Source: Octopus bimaculoides
Lineage: Eukaryota
Assembly: GCF_001194135.2 (NCBI RefSeq)
Contig: NC_068981.1
Span: 159,430,385 to 159,484,401 of the forward strand
Length of the DNA: 54,017 bases
Direction: 5' to 3'
In this document: piece by piece, positions 25,794-37,270 of the stretch
How positions within the stretch are numbered: position 1 is the first letter of the stretch
Layout of the letters: the number at the start of each line of letters is the position of its first letter
The notes under the pieces: model-generated
Database searches by the model: none
Told to the model about the DNA's origin: nothing
What the model saw: the letters and a program-made list of their open reading frames with translations, nothing else
Made by a program: the position numbers and the translations under genes

Positions 25794-26226
25794 GTTTACT
25801 CGGAAAAACTGTCCCCAGTGCTTATATTTTAAAGCCTGGTACTTATTCTGTCGGTCTCTTCTGCCGAATCACTAGCTTACGGAGACGTAAGCAAACTAGC
25901 ACCGGTTGTCAAGTGGTGGTAGGGGACAAGCGCAACACACACACACACACACACAACGAACGTCTTTCTTTCAGCCTCCGTCCACCAAATCCATTCAAAA
26001 GTCTTTGGTCGGCCCGGGGCTATACCAGAAGTGACTTGTCCACGACGCCGCACAGTTGGACTGAACTCAAGACCACATGGTTGGGAAGAAAGCTTTTTAA
26101 TCCCAGTCATGCCTGCCATTTAAATAGATTTTTTAAATATAACTATAAAATCTATTTAAATGTGTCAATATGCACGCAAGAAGAATAAAACGCGGAGTGC
26201 ACTTTTAAAGTCAGATACCATACAAG

Positions 26227-26407
26227 CACTAGTGTAATTAGAGGGGTGCGGTAGGGTCGGTCCTCCCCAGGCGGCACTTTTTAAGGGACAGCACTTTTCA
26301 TCCTGTTGTAGGCTATTGCTGTAGGAAATATGTGTTTTTTTGTAGTGTCCAGGGGGGCGGGGGCGGAAAGGCCGCCTCGGGCGGCACACACTCTAGCTAC
26401 GCTAGAG
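26227..26407. mobile_element. GC-rich hAT-type MITE (181 bp)
   Basis: Imperfect TIRs CACTAGTGTAATTAGAG and CTCTAGCTACGCTAGAG; flanks CATACAAG (26219-26226) and CAGACAAG (26408-26415) match 7/8. Confidence 0.75.
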
Positions 26408-26824
26408 CAGACAAGTTTTATTTTAATTTCGGGTAATGACTTACCTGGTAGAGAACTCGGTAACTTTTTCAGCATTAGGAGCAGGCTTGGGTTGTGTGAT
26501 TGAGTAGGTCGCTTTGTAACTACGTGAATTTGGGTTCAGTCATCTACTTGGAGGTTAAATATTCCTTCTTTTAAGGCAGCGATTTGACCGTTGAATAGAA
26601 GATCTTGTGCGATTCGCTCCAGTTTTGCACTTTTCAATTTTGCAATCTATTTTTTTGAGGTTTGATAAATAAAGCTGCAGTCCAAAAGTGGAATCGATTC
26701 TTCTCTTTTTCCTTTTCATTGAGAGAAAAGATTCTTCAGGAAAAGATTCTTCAAAAAAGATTCTTCAGAAAAAATTCTTCTTTTCTCTCTCCTCCTCTCT
26801 CTCCCACTCTCCTTCACACACACA

Positions 26825-26871
<47 letters not shown>

Positions 26872-27149
26872 ACTCACTTTCTCTGTTACTTTCACACTTT
26901 CTCTCTCTTTTTTCTGAAAGTAAACGCCTATGTTCAGACCTCGGGATAGAGATGGACTCCGCCAGGTTTCAAATGTTGAAAGCACGCCGTATCTCTCAAC
27001 GGTGACCCTACGACTTTGCCAATATCTAAAACTGCACATCACTTCATTTTCCTTGCCCAAGTACATTTAGGCTGCATCCAGCTATACTTATGATTGGCAA
27101 ATCAACATTTATTGCCTATGAATAATGTTTCTATTCCCCAAGCAAACAT

Positions 27150-27600
27150 GTAAATGTTGTGCACGGCAGCGGTGTTATTTGCTTTACTTCTTAATATTGT
27201 TGCTATACATCACATTGCCAATGGACAAGTTAACATTGGAGTAGAAAAGTGTTTCTTTTGAAGAAGGTTTGATCACTATCCAACACTTTTAAGACCGCTC
27301 AGATTTCAACAATTTCGTTCATTCTGAATAAGCTGTTTGCTGAGAATGTCACCTCGACCTCAAACTTTGTAGATGGTATTACATTAATTATAACTACTTG
27401 AAAATAGCTCAATTCTTTAGTGCAAAGAAATCTGAAAAATGCTAAGGATGCTTATTAGCATTTTGGAAATTTTTTTGTTGAACTTATGTATGGGAGTGCT
27501 CGTTGCAAGTTAGATATTTGTCAAATGAGAACTACATTACCATCGAAAACTAAAGCGGTTGGAAACGACTTCCATTCTGTTAGCTATGACTACATATGAA
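27150..27600 (-). mobile_element. Probable hAT transposase C-terminal (dimerisation domain) relic
   Basis: Minus strand VIPSTKFEVEVTFSA resembles the hAT IPxTSxxxERxFS motif; the surrounding frames are full of stops. Confidence 0.4.
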
Positions 27601-28266
27601 CACGTGTCTCTATCTAGACCCTGACATGTGTGTGTGTGTGAGTGTGTGTGTATCAGTGGCGACTCCGGCACCCAGGCTGTTCGGGCTTGGCTCGAGTATA
27701 AATTTAGTAAAGTAAACGTGTATTATTAAGTTGATTTAATTTCTGCCAACACTGATTTCAAGTATGTAATTTCAGCCAATAACTCGGGCACCTTTGATTG
27801 AGCCTGGTCGCAGTTCATTAATTTTCGTTCAGCGTTCTCTGTACATTATTCACACGCATCTGACTCCGGCTCAGAAGATACAGCCCAAGTTGTTTATCTA
27901 TAATTATGACAATTTAAAGTAATTCAAATTCAATGTTTTCTTGAAACAGTGAATTCTATAGAGATTAGGGTTTAAATTCCATCTATGAAAAGTTTTCGTT
28001 CTACAATATTCATACAGGAACGAAAAATTATCCAGCAACTCGGTCTAATACGAACGAGCCTGGTAGGTGTAAAAGACTAACTGGCGTCCCTTGTCAAGAG
28101 TACAGACGACAGTGAGCTCGCTGATGTGTGTTGTGCACTCCGCTGTCATTATTTGATTGCTGTTATTCTGGGCGTCTGTGTGTAAAGATCAGTTGTGTTT
28201 TGCAGGGTTGCTTTATTTTTATCCATTAACTTAGAAATGGAGAAAGGCACAGTGCTATATATACAC

Positions 28267-28308
<42 letters not shown>

Positions 28309-29208
28309 NNNNNNNNNNNNNNNNNNNNNNNNNNNNNNNNNNNNNNNNNNNNNNNNNNNNNNNNNNNNNNNNNNNNNNNNNNNNNNNNNNNNNNNNNNNN
28401 NNNNNNNNNNNNNNNNNNNNNNNNNNNNNNNNNNNNNNNNNNNNNNNNNNNNNNNNNNNNNNNNNNNNNNNNNNNNNNNNNNNNNNNNNNNNNNNNNNNN
28501 NNNNNNNNNNNNNNNNNNNNNNNNNNNNNNNNNNNNNNNNNNNNNNNNNNNNNNNNNNNNNNNNNNNNNNNNNNNNNNNNNNNNNNNNNNNNNNNNNNNN
28601 NNNNNNNNNNNNNNNNNNNNNNNNNNNNNNNNNNNNNNNNNNNNNNNNNNNNNNNNNNNNNNNNNNNNNNNNNNNNNNNNNNNNNNNNNNNNNNNNNNNN
28701 NNNNNNNNNNNNNNNNNNNNNNNNNNNNNNNNNNNNNNNNNNNNNNNNNNNNNNNNNNNNNNNNNNNNNNNNNNNNNNNNNNNNNNNNNNNNNNNNNNNN
28801 NNNNNNNNNNNNNNNNNNNNNNNNNNNNNNNNNNNNNNNNNNNNNNNNNNNNNNNNNNNNNNNNNNNNNNNNNNNNNNNNNNNNNNNNNNNNNNNNNNNN
28901 NNNNNNNNNNNNNNNNNNNNNNNNNNNNNNNNNNNNNNNNNNNNNNNNNNNNNNNNNNNNNNNNNNNNNNNNNNNNNNNNNNNNNNNNNNNNNNNNNNNN
29001 NNNNNNNNNNNNNNNNNNNNNNNNNNNNNNNNNNNNNNNNNNNNNNNNNNNNNNNNNNNNNNNNNNNNNNNNNNNNNNNNNNNNNNNNNNNNNNNNNNNN
29101 NNNNNNNNNNNNNNNNNNNNNNNNNNNNNNNNNNNNNNNNNNNNNNNNNNNNNNNNNNNNNNNNNNNNNNNNNNNNNNNNNNNNNNNNNNNNNNNNNNNN
29201 NNNNNNNN
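28309..29208. other. Largest assembly gap (900 N), flanked by (TA)n
   Basis: N run. Other gaps lie near 4466, 8013, 10264, 14596, 21480, 30092, 31438, 44975, 46407 and 51689. ORFs spanning them are artefacts. Confidence 0.99.
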
Positions 29209-29247
<39 letters not shown>

Positions 29248-29519
29248 GTATATATACGTATATTTATGTACATATATATATATAAATATATGTATATATG
29301 TATATATATATATATATATATGTTTATGTGTGTGTGTATATATATGTGTGTATATATTATATATATGCATATGTATATATACATATTTGTATATACATAT
29401 ATATATGTATGTGCATATATATATATATATTTGGAATTTACAAAAAAAAAAAGACAAAGATGGGTGTGTAAACAACAAACAGATGTAGCAGTTTAGCGCT
29501 CGGCAAACAGAAAACACAG

Positions 29520-30057
29520 GTCACTAACTCCTCAGCAGTTATCGGCCATAATTATGGCTGTCCATTCGTGACCGAGGAAGTCTATCGCTGACCATTGTCC
29601 ATGCAAAATGCCAATGATGCCTGTGCATGAGGTTATTGTGCAAGCAATCGTCATCACCCGAGTTTGCATCCGCGGTTTGTATGCTCGTCGCGGCACGCTC
29701 TTCCTAGACTGGGCATCAGATAGTCGCCTCGCTGGTGATTGCACAATAGGGCTTGCATAGACCCTCTTCACCCTTCATGATCCAGAGATAAGAATGGGCA
29801 AGATATTTAGTGCCAGTACAATGTTCACAGTGAGCAACAGCTATGATGTCGGCATATTGAAACCCGGCGCGGAGCATCATGGCACAGGTAACTCTTTTTC
29901 AATATTCGGATGACTTCCAATCTTCCACGTCATCTAACCTTTTCTCAACTATAACTTTAATCTGTATGCCCTCCAACGCCGTTGACCGTTCACCAATACA
30001 TCAAGTTATTACAGAAAAAAAGCGGGACATAAAAATCGTGAAATTTAACCAGACACT

Positions 30058-30060
<3 letters not shown>
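29520..30060 (-). mobile_element. Possible Tc1/mariner (maT-like) 5' relic
   Basis: Minus strand starts CAGAGTGTCTGGTTAAATTTCACG (TIR-like), then KRVTCAMMLRAGFQYADII, which resembles a Tc1/mariner N-terminal HTH. No DDD/E motif was seen. Confidence 0.3.
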
Positions 30061-30091
<31 letters not shown>

Positions 30092-30414
30092 NNNNNNNNN
30101 NNNNNNNNNNNNNNNNNNNNNNNNNNNNNNNNNNNNNNNNNNNNNNNNNNNNNNNNNNNNNNNNNNNNNNNNNNNNNNNNNNNNNNNNNNNNNNNNNNNN
30201 NNNNNNNNNNNNNNNNNNNNNNNNNNNNNNNNNNNNNNNNNNNNNNNNNNNNNNNNNNNNNNNNNNNNNNNNNNNNNNNNNNNNNNNNNNNNNNNNNNNN
30301 NNNNNNNNNNNNNNNNNNNNNNNNNNNNNNNNNNNNNNNNNNNNNNNNNNNNNNNNNNNNNNNNNNNNNNNNNNNNNNNNNNNNNNNNNNNNNNNNNNNN
30401 NNNNNNNNNNNNNN

Positions 30415-30456
<42 letters not shown>

Positions 30457-30496
30457 TCAAAATTAGATACCGAAGATTTGTAATGCTGTACTTGAG

Positions 30497-30682
30497 TCTG
30501 GGCATCGTCGAATGGTTAAAATGTTTGCTTCGGAATCATGAGGTTGCAAGTTCAATCACAAAGCGTGATATATTGGGCACGTATCTTTGTCTTCTACTGC
30601 AGCCTCGTAAGCCTTGTGCAGACGGAAAATGTTGAAAGGATTGTCCTTGTTTAACACTGTCACGCAGAATTACGTTAAGAGT
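30497..30682 (+). repeat. Decayed SINE A-like head, copy 1 of a local duplication
   Basis: About 93% identical by eye to 31599-31796. Confidence 0.8.
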
Positions 30683-31405
30683 TCATGGCGACAGCCCCGA
30701 GGAAAAGGTAAATGCTCTGAGAGTATGTCTCTAAGTGTGGTCAATATACTTAATGTAATGAATCAAAAAGAATTTTTAGTCACTTAAATTTACACCCGCC
30801 AGGAGAAAAAATATGTTCATATCGTCACTGACAAGTTTTGTCAATAGGAACAAGGGAGAGAACTCCGAAATTTAAATAGATTTAATATGTGAAACTGTTA
30901 TCTCGGGTTGACGGAGTGCAAAGAAAACCTTGTATCTTTTCGATTCAAATATTTTTTCAATAGCTTCAAACATACAAAATGACCGTTAAGAATCGCAAAT
31001 CTCTTAGTGTAATAGAAAGTAATCATATCTTGTGCTACCCGAGTATAAATGAATAAATAAATAATGAATCTATCACGCTCAAACCGTGTATAACAAAACA
31101 TTTAAAATATGGACTTGGTTGCAAGTCTGTAGCATGTTTGATATCAAAACTCCGGCGCCACAAAGCATTCAAAAGACACTATCACTATTATCTTTCTCTC
31201 TCTCCCACTTACTCTCTCTCCCTCTCTTTTTCCCTCTCCCTCTCTTTTTCCCTCTTCCTCTTTCTCTCACACACGCATACACCACCCCACTCTTTCTATG
31301 AACAAACTTTATCTTTCTGTTCATCTCTTAACCGTATACCACTTGACAATCCTACCTAAATCACCCGATCATGACGTGAGACTTATATCTATCTTGAGTG
31401 TATGC

Positions 31406-31437
<32 letters not shown>

Positions 31438-31598
31438 NNNNNNNNNNNNNNNNNNNNNNNNNNNNNNNNNNNNNNACATACATACATATATATATATACA
31501 TACATACATATATATATATACATACATATATATATATATATACATACATACATACATACATACATTGACACAGATGCTCACACACACATATGTATGAA

Positions 31599-31796
31599 TC
31601 TGGGCATCGTCGAATGGTTAAAAATGTTTGCTTAGGAATCATGAGGTTGCAAGTTCAATCATAAAGCGTGATATCTTGGGCACGTATCTTTATCTTCTCC
31701 TGCAGTCTCGTAAGCCTTGTGCAGACAGAAAATGTTGAATGGATTGTCTTTGTTTAATACTGTCACGCAGTTTTTTCTGAGAATTACGTTAAGAGT
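31599..31796 (+). repeat. Decayed SINE A-like head, copy 2 of a local duplication
   Basis: Same idiosyncratic sequence as 30497-30682 plus a ~12-nt insertion. Confidence 0.8.
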
Positions 31797-31849
31797 ACAA
31801 TGTCCCAGCCATCAGTGACGCAGCCATCAGTGGCGTAACGATCAGTGGC

Positions 31850-32459
31850 TTAACACTTTAACATTTAAACTGGCCATATCCGGCCCAAATATTGTACTTG
31901 TTTTATGTTAAAACGGGCCAGATCCTCTCAGACCCTCCTTGCAATGTCATTCTAAAAGTAAACAATCACATATTTGAAATCTCAGTGCTGCAACATAATG
32001 CATGATTAATTGAAAACAATGTGATTAAATAAGCATTACACTTGATAAAGTTTCTCACAGTTGGATCATCCTCCTCGGCTGTGGATGAACAAGAGGTCCA
32101 CTTTTCATGACTTCAAACAAGCTACGAAGCGAATGAGATCAAGAAAGTCTCCAGGCCCCAGATAACACCCATTTCGAGTTGATCAAACACGGAGACTTAC
32201 CCTTGCATACCCGCATCTTCACGCTCATCCTGAAGATGTGGGAACCCTGACACGTTCCTAAAGAACTGAAGCACGCAGTCATAATAACGATCTTCAAAAA
32301 AGGGGATAAAAAAACCCTATGGAAACTATCAAGGAATATTGTTACTCTCCATCACTGGAAAGGCCTTTGCCAGGATTCTTCTAAATCGGAAAGGTCCTAT
32401 CAGAATCTCAATGTGGAATGTGCATGTGTGACAAAGTAATCTGAATGCTAAAAGGTTAA
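31850..32459. mobile_element. piggyBac-like MITE (TTAA TSD), interrupted by an RTE fragment
   Basis: TTAA-CACTTTAACATT at the left end and AATGCTAAAAGG-TTAA at the right end (imperfect TIRs). Confidence 0.7.
32052..32428 (+). mobile_element. Internal RTE (BovB-like) LINE fragment
   Basis: TFHDFKQATKRMRSRKSPG, VPKELKHAVIITIFKKGDK, GNYQGILLLSITGKAFARILLNR, LSESQCG. Confidence 0.85.
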
Positions 32460-32479
32460 GTGTATGCCGCTCGGGGCAG

Positions 32480-32850
32480 CCCGTGAACTTCCCTCCACAC
32501 ATGCCCCTACCCAGAGGACAATATGACCCGCATGGGTTTATTCAGCTTACTCAAATGTGCCGTCTCCACTGGAGATCTCTTCTCCTATTACACGTACCAG
32601 CCTCTAGCCCACAAGTATGCTGTCTCCTCCCCCCCTCTCTCTCTCTCTACCGTTATTGTAATGGCCTCTGTTCGTCAGAGCTGGTTGGTCTCGTACCTCC
32701 ACCGTTTAAGCACACCCGATCCACTCGTCTTTCCATATCTCGTCGTTTTGGTGCGTCTAACCTCCTCTGGCCCACACTAATCATTAAGCTGCCAATCCTT
32801 TCTTCCCAGAACATCACCTACAACCTTTGTCACCGACCACGCACGGTCTT
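32480..32850 (+). mobile_element. CR1/Zenon-like LINE C-terminal fragment
   Basis: QPLAH..., LYRYCNGLCSSELVGLVPPPFKHTRSTRLS..., KLP...YNL; matches the typical C-terminus of CR1-group ORF2. Confidence 0.7.
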
Positions 32851-33335
32851 ACATGATTATATGGTTTACTATGCATTTATTAAAAGAAATCATTTGCGAA
32901 TATACAAATGCTAAAAGAATGTATCACACACATACACATGCATACACATCACATCAAATCACGTACGTACGTACCATACACACACATACACACACACATA
33001 CGCACACACAATCACTCATATACATTTGTGTGTGAGCGTGTGAGTGTATGCGCGCGCGCGTGTATTATGAGTGTTCATTTTGCTTTGCTAAATACATTTA
33101 AATATGTTTTCAAATATTAATATTCATGGAATAGATAACATACAGTATGTATGTGTATATGTGTTTGACGTGCATTTGCTTATATGTATGCGTGTGTGTG
33201 TATGTGTGTGTGTGTGTGCGCGCGCGCGCGCGTGTGTGTGTAAGTATGTATGTGCATATATGTGTATATGTATATGTGTTCATGTATGTTATATACATAC
33301 AATCATAGAATCATACGTACAATGACACGTACCAG

Positions 33336-34451
33336 CACAATGTGATATCAAAAAGTTCTCTGACTAGTTTTGTAGCGCGCCAACAGATGGCGCCACACGG
33401 TTGCTTACGCAGTGAGAACAAGTAGTGACCTTCATGAGGCAGTGTACCGAGTGATATCGCTGTATTCACTTTGCAACTTGTGATCTCGTGTATGCCGTAG
33501 TCTGCGATTTTGTCATAGACAGGAACAAAGAGCCGACGTGAAATTTTGCCTTAAACTTGGGAAGTCTGCTACAGAGATATTGAGCATGCTTCGTCAAGCT
33601 TACAACGATGAGGCAATGGGTCATACGCAATGTTTCTAGAGGCACGGGCACTTCAAAAGTGGGAAAACGTCCCTGGAAGACGATGAGCGATCTGGAAGAC
33701 CTGTCACGAGTGTCACACCCAGAAATGTGGTATTGTATTGGGTTGTCTGGAAAGTTCGTACCGATTTATAGTAGCTTACCTTTCGACTTATTTGCTATGA
33801 AACCACCTAAATTCTGGGAAGATGATATTTTCAAGTTGAAGGAAAGATGGAGACGCATTGAGCAACAAAATGGTTCATATTTGGTTGATTAAAAATGTAA
33901 TGGCAAATATTTATTGACCTTTTTCTTTCCTTTAAAAATCGGCACGAATTTTCCGGACAACCCAATACATCGAGAATTCGTCCCCCAGGGCCAGACCGTC
34001 AATCGAGAGTTATACTGCGACGTTTTGAAGCGTTTGAAGGAGGACATTCGGCAAAAATGGCTGGATCTGTGGAGCGCGAAGAACTGGATTCTTCACCGAG
34101 CTCTCCTCACTCATGAGTTTCTCACCAAAAACAACGTGGTATCGCTTCTGCACCCGCTCTATTCACCAGATTTAGCCCCTGTGGACTTCATCTCTTCTCC
34201 AAGAGGAAAATGCAGCTCAAAGATCACCGTTTTAATACCGCTGTCAAGATCCAGAGCGAATCGCAGAGGGTCTTCGGCTCGCTTACGGAAAACGACTTCT
34301 TGGCTCGATACTAAAAGTGGCAGGAACTCTGGGACCGTGTATTGCTGCGCAAGGTGACTATTTCGAAGGAGATGATATTAAAACTTAGGTAAATAAGTTG
34401 TTTTTTTTATTAAACATAACTAGCCTGGTAACTTTTTGATACCATCTCGTA
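33336..34451 (+). mobile_element. Internally deleted mariner with both TIRs
   Basis: TIRs 33336-33367 and 34420-34451 share TATCAAAAAGTT..CTAG. Peptides: KFCLKLGKSATE.LSMLRQAY, LEDDERSGRP, GIVHREFVPQGQTVN, HPLYSPDLAPVDF. Confidence 0.92.
33736..33967 (+). mobile_element. mariner-derived MITE (232 bp) nested in the mariner, with TA TSD
   Basis: 32-bp TIRs TATTGGGTTGTCTGGAAAGTTCGTACCGATTT and AAATCGGCACGAATTTTCCGGACAACCCAATA; interior retains a transposase end, KFWEDDIFKLKERWRRIEQQNGSYLVD*. Confidence 0.92.
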
Positions 34452-34467
34452 CATTCACATACATACA

Positions 34468-34498
<31 letters not shown>

Positions 34499-34883
34499 GT
34501 TTTACCAAATATTGACAATCAGGCGCACAGACAAACACACATACCAACGCCAAAATACAGATAGAGCCATTTCTACCAAGAAGTATGTTTTTTAAAAATG
34601 TGACGCTTTCAAGATTTACTTGTCATTTGCACAAATCCACACACCTGCATCTAAATTTACATTTACATCTGTATATTCATATGCATATGCATATCTGTAT
34701 ACGCATATGCATTAAATACACATCTATGTGTTTCTACATATGCAAACACATGACGGCTACAACTCGGTTTTGAGCAATACCATCACTTGATTGTTTTCTT
34801 AACCATGAACAGCACGGATATAACTTTGCAGTCCTACTAGCGACCCTACGCTCTTGAGGATTGGCAATATTTCTGTTGTGTTT

Positions 34884-35098
34884 AGGGCAGCGAGCTGGCA
34901 GAATCGTTAGCACGCTGGGCGAAATGGTTAGCGGCATTTCGTCCGTCTATATATTCTGAGTTCAAATTCCACCGTAGTCTACTTTGCCTTTTATCTTTTC
35001 AGGGTCAATAAAATAAGTACTACTTGAACACTGGGTTTGATTTAATCGACTTAGCCCCCTCTTCCAAACCTTCTGGCCTTGTACCAAAATTGGAAACT
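34884..35098 (+). mobile_element. SINE family B
   Basis: GGCAGCGAGCTGGCAGAATCGTTAGCACG...CTGAGTTCAAATTCC...GGCCTTGTACCAAAATTGGAAAC. Confidence 0.88.
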
Positions 35099-35299
35099 AT
35101 TTTTACATTTGAGTTTGGGACACTGAAAAATTAAGTCTGGTGTCTCAGATGTGATTGTCAAAACCGTCACCACAGTGTATGGAAACCTGCACAACTGAAG
35201 AGTTTGCAACAACGACAGGAATGTTTTAGTTAGACACCCTAGTTTCTTTTTTTTTTTTTTGTGATTGAGGTAAGTACATCCTTAGGCAAAGTATAAACC

Positions 35300-36010
35300 C
35301 CTGTCTAAGTCAAAAAACCTCACCATCAAGCAGAAGATATCATGACGTTGGCAGAACCTGTATTTCCTGACGTTGACTATATCGACGATTTTGCCCTCGC
35401 AACTTATCAACCATTTGAAGTGTAAAACTTGTTGGCGTCCCCAGAGAATGCTATGACAAAGTCAGTCCGTTTATCAATGCAAAGGAAACCAAATGCATGA
35501 CCATAAATTAGAATGGAAGCCATCTGCCAATTTTTTCCAACGATGGCACACGATTCATGGAGGTCAGTGACTTCATATACTTTCGGTCAGAATGTTGCTA
35601 ATACTAATAAAGAGTTTTTAACATGCAAGGGACTCGGAAAGCCTGTAACAATTTCCCCAACATCTGACACAGGCATATCAAAATCAACAAGACTGACATT
35701 CTTCGGGGAATACGAAGACAGCATTCTTTCCAAGGAAGCTGAAACCTAGGCCATGAAGAAGGAACTTCATGATGGCCTTTATGGTACGTACACCGGACTT
35801 CTCGCAAGGGCTCAAAACATGGCATGTTTTGAATACGTACACAAAAAGGAAATTTATAGATACATTCCATCCACAATGAATCTAACTAATTCCTACTGCG
35901 TTCGATAAAATAGCAGTATTATACAAGGATTGATTCAATCGATTACAAGCCTTCCCCTGAAAATAGCATAACTTAACATATATTTGGACTGACGTGTGGC
36001 AGAAGCAGTT
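35300..36010 (+). mobile_element. RTE/RTE-X-like LINE fragment (RT to C-terminus), decayed
   Basis: DVDYIDDFAL (YADD equivalent), INAKETKCM, EVSDFIY, ISKSTRLTFF, AET*AM, LLARAQN. Confidence 0.75.
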
Positions 36011-36149
36011 GAGAAACAAATTAAATCTATGTGGTATTAGTTATGGTATTTAAACGTGTCTGATGTTGACTTGTCTTTTCATCCTTCTGGGATCAACAGA
36101 ATATATACCAATAATATATCACGATTGAGTTATTTGAATATACACATCC

Positions 36150-36320
36150 AGCCATCTAGTCATCTTCTCTGCCTATTATTCCCGAGAGGGTCGTGGAGCA
36201 GAGCCCTCATACACCTCCTCTATAAGGTCCTATCAGAGCAACCATCATTACGCTTTCCGGCTACCGACCAACTTCCTGTCTTCGAAATCGCTACCGCTGT
36301 GCCAAACTCAGAAATCATTC
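36150..36320 (-). mobile_element. Probable LINE 3' end fragment
   Basis: Minus strand ...GAAGACAGGAAGTTGG...GGTGTATGAGGGCTCTGCTCCACGACCCTCTCGGGAATAATAGGC resembles RTE termini; assigned by pattern recognition only. Confidence 0.35.
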
Positions 36321-37079
36321 TATAAAGAACACAAATTCCCTCTTACTCAGTTAACAAAATTGATTTAGTATAAACTTGGTTCTTAACGATTCTGGCGAGA
36401 TGGGAACTTCAAACTTAGTTCATCACCGCCTCCAGATATCTTACATAGCTCATATAATATTTTTTCTGAAATATGTTCATTGTAGCTTCCTGTACAATCC
36501 TGGTACATATTTTAATAATTCTGACAGTATTTCATCCATGACCGCCTTCAGATATAAAAGTGTATATAAATTGAAGATATGTTTAATCCAAGTTGTAGGC
36601 CACAATTTTGCATCCAGGCTGCTGAAATTTTGCATGGGGACATATCTTTTCAAGAAAATCATAGGCTATGTAACTTTTTCTAAAATATATTCTTTTTAGT
36701 TTCCTAACAGAAAATTTATCAATTAGTACAGTGTTTTGACAAAAAGTATGTTTTCTCAGAAAAATGAAAAATAAAAATATTAGAGAAAATTTCTATTTTG
36801 GATTCTATATTTGTTTCTTTACTTTTTTTCTGTGCATTCTGTGAAACTCAACTTGAATCATTTTCCCGATATATTTGTATGCAACAATTCTGAGTGAATC
36901 AATATTTTCAGACAAACTGAAGATCGTCAACATATTTTTAAAGCAGAAATTTATTCAACTTAAAGATATTTTATGTGATTATATTTATTTTAGGTATTAA
37001 TAAAACTCAAGCAAGAAAACAAACAAAAACAGATACTACTGTTGAAACTTTGATATCGGTTTCATTTTACTTGGCACAA

Positions 37080-37270
37080 TATCTATTGTTTATCTCCAGT
37101 TAAACCCTGGTCATATGAATTTATAATCAAAGGCTTTTCATCCATAACCATCCCGTCTTTTAAGGTTATATAGCAATATATTATCTAATGTGTTTTATCC
37201 TTATATACGTCAGTAAAGTGTGCTATGAAGGACTTTTGGCTGGTTGAGTTATCAGTTAGAGGTTTCCTCG
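37080..37270 (-). repeat. Dispersed repeat family D copy, decayed
   Basis: TTGTTTATCTCCAGTTAAACCCTGGTC...ATCAAAGGCTTTTCATCCATAACCATCCCGTC...TTTTGGCTGG. Confidence 0.6.

Larger units (their letters stand above)
24960..26117 (-). mobile_element. SINE family A split by the hAT MITE at 25018-25793
   Basis: 3' end (ACTGCGGTCATGCTGGGGCGCTGCC..GGTTTAGTC) at 24975-25017; the rest (25794-26117) resumes at GTTTACTC and ends in the tRNA head. Confidence 0.8.

Noticed and set aside
28149-29517. Long ORFs of 411-433 aa, and similar ORFs at 4419, 10090, 29879, 44763, 46309 and 51512
   Set aside because: They consist of N-gap (X) plus translated (TA)n/(CA)n microsatellites.
31806-31849. Three ~15-bp tandem units (CAGCCATCAGTG..)
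   Set aside because: Ordinary short slippage minisatellite.
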